NCBI GenBank assembly: GCA_965366365.1
Contig: CBDUEV010000005.1
Location: 1,099-65,098 of the forward strand
DNA: 64,000 nt
Direction: 5' to 3'
Source: an uncultured Acidimicrobiia bacterium
GTDB lineage: Bacteria > Actinomycetota > Acidimicrobiia > Spongiisociales > JAENVV01
How positions within the stretch are numbered: the first letter of the stretch is position 1; each line of letters opens with the position of its first letter. Below are positions 55,119 to 64,000 of this stretch, piece by piece. Below the pieces are notes generated by a model that saw nothing but the letters and a program-made list of their open reading frames with translations, ran no database searches and was not told the origin of the DNA. Position numbers and translations under genes: made by a program.

Positions 55119-55946
55119 ATGGCTCTGACCCCAATCGACGTCCAGCAGAAGACTTTCAAGATCGCGCTGCGGGGCTACGCCGAAGACGAGGTCGATGAGT
55201 TCCTCGACGAGGTGGTCATTTCGCTGCGGGATTTGGAGCAGCAACTTCGCGACGCCGAGGAGCGAGTCTCCTTCATCGAGGATCAACTCAAAGCGAATCG
55301 TGAGACCGAAGACGCCCTGCGTCGCACGTTCGTGGTGGCGCAACGCACCGCCGACACCGTCGTCAGCGAGGCTCGGGAGGAGGCCGATCGAATTCTGGCC
55401 GAGGCGAACTCCAAGGCCAACCTGCTCACCGAAGAGCAGCTCGGCGAACGGGAACGGCTCATCACGGAGCTGGTCGAAATGCGCGAGAAGTCGAGCCGGT
55501 TCAAGGCGGCGCTCGCTGATCTGGTCGGAGAAGTTCGGCCCGAACTGAATGCGCTCGATGATGAGCTGGCTGCGACGGAGTATCAGCCGTTGGAGGATGA
55601 CGCACCCCGGGCGGCGGGAGCCCTGGCGGAGCAGGACGCCATGTTCCAGCCGGCCGACGACACCGCGGAGATGACCGGCGAATTCACCCCACCCCGCCCT
55701 GCCACCCCATCAGACGACCACACCGACGAAGCGCCACGCTCCGAGCGACTGGCGCGTGTCCTGGAAGGTGAGGATGTGCCGGTCGACCCCGACGATGCAG
55801 GTGAGCCATCGAGCTGGGAACCGATCACGGCGGAGAGTACGGAAGGCGCGGACGCCACCGAGCCAGCCGAGCCGCTCGAGCGGTTCGAGTGGTCCCGCGA
55901 TCGTTCCGCTGCCGACGCCGCCAAGCGCCCGTGGGAACGCGGCTGA
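55119..55946 (+). CDS. divIVA: DivIVA-domain protein (Wag31-like)
   Basis: It has the conserved DivIVA N-terminus (MALTPIDVQQKTFKIALRGYAEDEVDEFLD), a coiled coil, and an acidic Pro/Glu-rich C-terminal region. A GGAGG RBS is present. Confidence 0.8.
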   Translation: MALTPIDVQQKTFKIALRGYAEDEVDEFLDEVVISLRDLEQQLRDAEERVSFIEDQLKANRETEDALRRTFVVAQRTADTVVSEAREEADRILAEANSKANLLTEEQLGERERLITELVEMREKSSRFKAALADLVGEVRPELNALDDELAATEYQPLEDDAPRAAGALAEQDAMFQPADDTAEMTGEFTPPRPATPSDDHTDEAPRSERLARVLEGEDVPVDPDDAGEPSSWEPITAESTEGADATEPAEPLERFEWSRDRSAADAAKRPWERG

Positions 55947-55963
55947 GCGCTTCAAGCTCAGCT

Positions 55964-56047
55964 TCAGGCACCCAGTCTCAGGCACCCAGCTTCAGGCACC
56001 CAATCTCAGGCACCCAATCTCAGGCACCCAATCTCAGGCACCCAGTG
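55964..56047. repeat. Tandem repeat, 14-bp unit TCAGGCACCCA(A/G)(T/C)C x 6
   Basis: Read directly from the sequence. Copies start at 55964, 55978, 55992, 56006, 56020 and 56034. The three middle copies are identical (TCAGGCACCCAATC). The array lies in the convergent intergenic region between the divIVA stop (55946) and the ileS stop (56068). Confidence 0.9.
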
Positions 56048-56067
56048 GAGGCGCCGTCACCGCACGC

Positions 56068-59232
<3,165 letters not shown>

Positions 59233-59346
59233 GAGACCGATCCTCGTAGGCTGCGAAGCGACCATGGTAACTGCCGAGATGATTGTCTCGATCGAATATC
59301 CCGCCATGGTGGCCGGCGGGACGGCAGGTATGCCACACTGCCGGGC

Positions 59347-59658
59347 GTGGAGCACGCAATCGGCATCGTCGACCACCCCGACGGGGTGGTGATCGCCGTC
59401 TGGGTGGTACCGGGGACGGCGCGGGATCAGATCGTCGGAGCGTACGGCGACGCCCTCAAGCTGCGGGTTTCCGCCCCGCCCGAGGGTGGGAAGGCGAATC
59501 GATCGGTCGAAAGGCTTCTGGGGGCCGCCTTCGATTGCCGGGCCGAGGTGGTCTCCGGGGCCAGAAACCGACGAAAGAGAGTTCTCCTCCCTGGAACGCG
59601 CCTTGTCGACGTCAGGTCTGGTCTTTCGGACCTTCTCTCAGCCACGAGAGACTGCTAG
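59347..59658 (+). CDS. DUF167 (YggU/UPF0235) family protein
   Basis: The GTG at 59347 is in frame with ORF 59221..59658. The segment VIAVWVVPGTARDQIVGAYGDALKLRVSAPPEGGKANRSVERLL aligns with the E. coli YggU core. Confidence 0.5.
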   Translation: MEHAIGIVDHPDGVVIAVWVVPGTARDQIVGAYGDALKLRVSAPPEGGKANRSVERLLGAAFDCRAEVVSGARNRRKRVLLPGTRLVDVRSGLSDLLSATRDC

Positions 59659-59682
59659 GTTTCCCACACTTAGGAGGTTCTC

Positions 59683-60057
59683 ATGCCGAGAAAACTCGCA
59701 GATTCGACGCTTTCTCGTTTACGCGTCCAACTCGAAGACGAGCGGGCACGACTGGTGGAGTTGCTCGACACGCACCAGCGAGAGCGCGAGGAAGCGCGCC
59801 TGTCGGAGACGGCCGCCGAGCGCACTCCCGATCCCATGACGGCCGAAGGTGGTTCCATGGCCTTCGAGTATGAGAAGGAACTCTCTGTCGATCAGAACCT
59901 CGAAGACCTCGTCAAGAAGATCGATGCCGCCCGGGCACGAATGGACGCCGGGTCGTACGGTGTGTGCGCCAGCTGTGGAGAGCGCATTCCCGTCGAGCGT
60001 CTCGAAACGCTGCCGCATGCCACGGAATGTGTGACGTGCGCAGCGAAGACCAGGTGA
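59683..60057 (+). CDS. DksA/TraR-family C4-type zinc-finger protein
   Basis: It has a coiled-coil N-terminus and a C-terminal CxxC-N17-CxxC zinc finger (CASCGERIPVERLETLPHATECVTCAAK). Confidence 0.7.
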   Translation: MPRKLADSTLSRLRVQLEDERARLVELLDTHQREREEARLSETAAERTPDPMTAEGGSMAFEYEKELSVDQNLEDLVKKIDAARARMDAGSYGVCASCGERIPVERLETLPHATECVTCAAKTR

Positions 60058-60548
60058 TCGACGAGGCGAAGGACCACCGAGCCCCGCGGCCTGCGGGCAA
60101 CTACGCGTGGGCCCTGGGGGTGGCCGCGGGACTCATTCTCGCCGACCGCTTTTCCAAGGTGTGGGCGTGGTCGGAGCTCGCCGACGGAAGCATCGTCGTC
60201 ATCGACCCGTGGTTGTCGTTCGAGCTGGCTGAAAACCGTGGAGCCGCCTTCGGTCTCTTTCAGGATGGCGGCCGGGTGTTGGCGGTGTTCGCCGCCGTGG
60301 CGGTCGTCATCATCCTGGTGGCGTTGCGTTCCGTGGTTCATCGTTCCGAGGTGATCGGATTGGGGATGATCATGGCCGGTGCGGTGGGCAATCTCATCGA
60401 CCGAATCGTACGGGGGACCGGGTTGGTGGACGGCGCCGTGATCGACTGGATCAAATTCCCGAACTTCCCGAACTTCAATATCGCCGACTCCTCTATCACG
60501 GTGGGGGTGACTGTCCTTCTCCTGGTCTCTCTCTTCCGGCGTGAGTGA
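60027..60548 (+). CDS. lspA: Lipoprotein signal peptidase (signal peptidase II)
   Basis: The internal ATG at 60027 overlaps the upstream zinc-finger gene by 31 bp. It has 4 TM helices and the conserved LspA boxes (NRGAAFGL, GNLIDR, FPNFNIADS). The exact start is uncertain. Confidence 0.7.
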   Translation: MCDVRSEDQVIDEAKDHRAPRPAGNYAWALGVAAGLILADRFSKVWAWSELADGSIVVIDPWLSFELAENRGAAFGLFQDGGRVLAVFAAVAVVIILVALRSVVHRSEVIGLGMIMAGAVGNLIDRIVRGTGLVDGAVIDWIKFPNFPNFNIADSSITVGVTVLLLVSLFRRE

Positions 60549-61464
60549 CCCGCGGGAGGTTCTCCTTCCCGAGGACCTGAACGGGGCGCGTGCGGACAAG
60601 GCTCTGGCCGTGGTGGCGGGAGTCAGTCGCAACGTCGCCAGGCAACTGATCGAAGAGGGTGGCGTGCTTCTGAACGGGCACCCGCCCCAGCCGAGAACCA
60701 AGGTGGCTGCGGGCGATCTCCTCGCCTTCGTTGAACCGGCTCCCGCCGAGGAGGTGTCAGCCAACCGGCAGGTGGTCTTCGAGGTGCTCTACGAGGACGA
60801 CGACGTGGCGGTGGTCAGCAAGCCGCCCGGCCTGGTCACCCACCCGGGTGTCGGGCACCGCAACGACACCCTCGTCTCGGGTGTTCTGGCCCGCTGGCCG
60901 TCCACCGAGGGGGTCGGTCAGCCGGGGAGGTGGGGGGTCGTCCACCGACTGGATCGTGACACATCGGGGGCCATGCTGGTCGCCCTGACGGCGGAAGGCT
61001 ACGAGGGTCTCGTGGCCCAGCTGGCGGCCCGGGCCGTGAAGCGGTCGTATCTGACGCTCGTCCACGGCGTCTTCGAGATGAAACGGGGAACCATCGACGC
61101 GCCCATCGGACGAGACGCCTCAGCCCCGATGCGCATGGCCGTGGAGCGCGAGGGGCGACCCGCGCGGACGCACTACCGCGTGACGGAGACCTTCGCGGAG
61201 CGGGCCATGAGCCTTCTCGAAGTCGAGCTCGAGACCGGCCGCACCCACCAGATTCGCGTCCATCTCGCTTCGATCGGCCATCCCGTGGTGGGCGACGGCA
61301 TGTATCGACGATTCCCGGCCGTGATCGAAATGCCACGGATGTTTCTCCACGCCACCCGGCTCGAGTTCCGCCATCCGGTTTCGGGCGAGCGTATCGAGGT
61401 CGTCGCTCCGCTTCCCGACGACCTCGCCGGGATCCTCGATCGGCTGCGCACGCCGTCGGGGTGA
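60541..61464 (+). CDS. rluD: RluA/RluD-family 23S rRNA pseudouridine synthase
   Basis: It has the catalytic-Asp motif (HRLDRDTSG) and an N-terminal S4-like region. It overlaps lspA by 8 bp. Confidence 0.85.
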   Translation: MSDPREVLLPEDLNGARADKALAVVAGVSRNVARQLIEEGGVLLNGHPPQPRTKVAAGDLLAFVEPAPAEEVSANRQVVFEVLYEDDDVAVVSKPPGLVTHPGVGHRNDTLVSGVLARWPSTEGVGQPGRWGVVHRLDRDTSGAMLVALTAEGYEGLVAQLAARAVKRSYLTLVHGVFEMKRGTIDAPIGRDASAPMRMAVEREGRPARTHYRVTETFAERAMSLLEVELETGRTHQIRVHLASIGHPVVGDGMYRRFPAVIEMPRMFLHATRLEFRHPVSGERIEVVAPLPDDLAGILDRLRTPSG

Positions 61465-61530
61465 GAGTCGGACCGGAAACCGGTCCGTGAATCTCGGGTT
61501 GGCTCGACCCCGGCCTTACACTGTTCCGCC

Positions 61531-62352
61531 ATGACTCCAGAACCAGCCCCTGCTTGCTATCGCCACCCGGATCGTCCCACGCGGCTGGCGTGCTCGACGT
61601 GTGGGAAATACATCTGCCCTGATTGCTCGATCGATGCTCCCGTAGGGCAGCGATGCCCGGATTGCCAGAAAGACCTCGGCACGACGCGTGTGCAGAGAAT
61701 GGGCGACGTGTCGGCCCTTTCGGGAGCGCCGGTCACCCGGGCGATCATGGTGGTGGCGATCGGGCTGGCCATCCTCGGTTTTGTCTCCGGGGACGCACGG
61801 ATCTGGCTTCTCAACAACCTCGCCCAGTTCAACGCATCGGTGGCCGCCGGCGAGGTGTGGCAGTTGTTCACCGCGGCCTTTCTGCACGCCGAAGGGCTCT
61901 GGCACATCGGATTCAACATGTACGCCCTCTATCTGTTCGGGCCTCAGCTCGAGCGCCAGATCGGTGGCGTGGCGTTCGCCGGCATCTACACCGCCTCGGC
62001 GGTGGGTGGGGGTTTCGTGGCCTACGTCCTGGGAGAGCCGCGCGATCTCCTCGTGGGGGCGTCGGGCGCCATCTTCGGGTTGTTCGGAGTGTGGTTCCTC
62101 GCCGCGTATCGGAACCGCCAGTCCAGGATGGGTCGGGCGATGCTCAACCGGATGCTGATGATCATGGGGCTGAACGCCATCATCCCCCTGGTCTTCCGCC
62201 AGATTTCCTGGCAGGGCCACCTCGGAGGGTTTGCTCTGGGTCTGGGTCTGTTCGCGCTCTGGCAACGGTTGGGCCAGCGGGATACCAGGCTGCTGAGCGT
62301 GATGGGGTTCAGCGCCGCCGCCATCCTCATGGCGGTCGTGGCCTTCCTCTGA
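61531..62352 (+). CDS. Rhomboid-family intramembrane serine protease with N-terminal zinc ribbon
   Basis: It has an N-terminal CxxC...CxxC zinc ribbon (CSTCGKYICPDCS...CPDC). The rhomboid GxSG motif (GASGAIFG) and the catalytic His (ISWQGHLGGF) are present. Confidence 0.75.
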   Translation: MTPEPAPACYRHPDRPTRLACSTCGKYICPDCSIDAPVGQRCPDCQKDLGTTRVQRMGDVSALSGAPVTRAIMVVAIGLAILGFVSGDARIWLLNNLAQFNASVAAGEVWQLFTAAFLHAEGLWHIGFNMYALYLFGPQLERQIGGVAFAGIYTASAVGGGFVAYVLGEPRDLLVGASGAIFGLFGVWFLAAYRNRQSRMGRAMLNRMLMIMGLNAIIPLVFRQISWQGHLGGFALGLGLFALWQRLGQRDTRLLSVMGFSAAAILMAVVAFL

Positions 62353-62455
62353 TCTGGTATCGTCAAAATCTCAGCGATGTAATTCACTTGCCCGATCGCT
62401 GAACACGCCAGAACGCACTCCCGCGCCAGTTGCGGGTCGGAGGATTTGGAACCGG

Positions 62456-64000
62456 TGGCCCGGGACAGCTTCGCACATCTCCATCTGCACACCGAGTTCT
62501 CGATGTTGGACGGCGCGGCCCGCGTCAAAGACGTTGTGGAGACGGTGGCCGCCGACGGGCAGAAGGCAGTTGCCATCACGGACCACGGTGTGATGTACGG
62601 TGTCGTGGATTTCTACCGAGCCGCCACGAAGGCCGGGATCAAGCCGATCCTGGGCGTGGAGGCCTACGTCACCCCGGGAAGCCGCTTCGACCGGCCACGA
62701 GGCTCAGACAACCAGCGGTTTCACATGACGCTGCTGGCGGAGAATCAGACCGGCTATCAGAACCTCATGAAGCTGGTCTCGAAGTCCTTCCTCGACGGGT
62801 ACTACTACAAGCCGCGCATGGACTTCGATCTCCTCTCGACCTATGCGGAAGGGATCATTGCGACATCCGGCTGCCTGGGCGGCCACATCCCCCAACTGCT
62901 TGCTCCCGACGCGTCGCGGGAGGAGGGTAACGCAGTTGGCACACGCGACCTGGATGCTGCTCTCGCCGCGGCCGGGATGTACCAGGACATCTTCGGCAAG
63001 GACAACTTCTACATCGAGATCGGCGACCACGGCATCGAAGCTCAACGTCGTATCCTCCCGGATCTCGTCGAGATCTCGAAGCGAGCGGGCGCTCCGCTGC
63101 TGGCGGCCAACGACGCCCACTACATCACCAAGGACGACGCCATTGCCCATGACGTCCTGCTCTGCATCCAGACCGGTTCCACCGTGGACGACGACAACCG
63201 CTTCAAATTCGAGGGGACGGGGCTCTACCTCAAATCGGCAGCAGAGATGCGAGCCCTCTTTCCCGAGGATCTGTACCCGGGTGCCTGCGACAACACCGAA
63301 TGGATCGCCGACCGGACCGAGGTGAAGCTGGATTTCGACCGGATTCTTCTCCCTCAGTTCCCGGTGCCCGAGGGCCACACCGAGGAGTCCTACCTTCGCG
63401 AGTTGGTGTACGAAGGCGCCAAGCACCGGTACGGCGCCATCCTGCCGGAGGTGGTCACCGACCGGATCGAACACGAGCTGAAGATCATCCTGGAAATGGG
63501 CTTTCCCGCCTACTTCCTCATCGTGTGGGATCTGATTCGCTACGCCAAGGAAAGCAATATCCGGACCGGACCCGGTCGTGGGTCCGCCGCCGGAGCGATC
63601 GTGGCCTACTGCCTCGGCATCACCGACCTCGATCCGCTCGAGTACGGCCTCATCTTCGAACGCTTCCTGAACCCCGGGCGTCGTCAGATGCCGGATATCG
63701 ACATGGATTTCGACGAGCGTTACCGCGCCGACGTCATCAAATACGCCTCCGAGAAGTACGGGTCGGATCACGTCGCCCAAATCATCACCTTCTCGACGAT
63801 CAAGGGCCGCCAGGCGATTCGCGACGCCGCCCGCGTGTTGGGCTACCCCTACGGCCTCGGCGACAAGGTGGCCAAGATGATGCCCCAGCCGATTCTCGGT
63901 CGTGATGCCTCGCTGGGGCAATGCCTCACCGCTCCACCGAGCAACGCCGACACCGACCTCAAGGACTTCTACTCGAACGCCGGCGAGTTGCGGGCCGCCT
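62456..64000 (+). CDS. dnaE: DNA polymerase III alpha subunit, N-terminal part (PHP domain onward), 3'-truncated at window edge
   Basis: It is not in the ORF track because there is no in-window stop. It is read directly in the frame from the GTG at 62456 (VARDSFAHLHLHTEFSMLDGAARVKDVVE...ITDHGVMYG...GFPAYFLIVWDLIRYAKESNIRTGPGRGSAAGAIVAYCLGIT), which is canonical DnaE. The 62704..63921 minus-strand ORF is its antisense shadow. Confidence 0.85.

Noticed and set aside
59395-59420. T-box-like sequence GGGTGGTACCGGGG near the ileS upstream region
   Set aside because: It is on the plus strand, the wrong orientation for the minus-strand ileS. It falls in frame within the DUF167 coding sequence (VWVVPG), so the resemblance is coincidental.

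Overview
This is a high-GC actinobacterial-type chromosomal window, most consistent with an Acidimicrobiia-like organism. It is densely coding and largely core-genome. GTG and TTG starts are frequent, and adjacent genes often overlap by 4 bp (ATGA/GTGA).

Left to right, the features I can support are:
- a 5'-truncated metallophosphoesterase, an SRPBCC protein, an ArsA-Hsp20 ATPase, a ROK glucokinase, a class I aminotransferase, an alpha-glucan phosphorylase, and a threonine aldolase;
- a fatty-acid synthesis operon in the order fabD-fabH-fabG-acpP-fabF;
- hypothetical membrane proteins and a 6TM voltage-gated K+ channel fused to a C-terminal zinc ribbon;
- a formimidoyltransferase-cyclodeaminase;
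- an ECF sigma/anti-sigma pair, followed by a 13-bp tandem repeat and a zinc-ribbon NUDIX gene;
- a SARP/AfsR-like regulator, dinB, and a MerR regulator;
- a MoxR-DUF58-transglutaminase (TgpA) triad on the minus strand;
- a divergent pair of a resolvase-like gene and an HNH endonuclease, sharing a perfect 8-bp palindrome in the intergenic region;
- an AT-rich island bounded by a 10-bp inverted repeat;
- a universal stress protein, a DEAD-box helicase, and a nearly complete division/cell-wall (dcw) cluster;
- a 14-bp tandem repeat downstream of divIVA, then type-2 ileS (convergent), DUF167, a DksA/TraR zinc-finger gene, lspA, rluD, a rhomboid protease, and the 5' part of dnaE.

The dcw cluster runs mraZ-rsmH-ftsL-ftsI-murE-mraY-murD-ftsW-murG-murC-murB-ftsQ-ftsZ-pgeF-yggS-sepF-yggT-divIVA. 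It has no murF and no ftsA. It is preceded by seven TGG(G) direct repeats at 10-11-bp spacing that match the described MraZ operator architecture. The dnaE reading frame is absent from the ORF track because it has no in-window stop.

I could identify no rRNA, tRNA or CRISPR array by eye. The most unusual elements are the two unrelated short-unit tandem repeats, the Kv-channel/zinc-ribbon fusion, the palindrome-bearing divergent resolvase-like/HNH pair, and the AT-rich inverted-repeat island.
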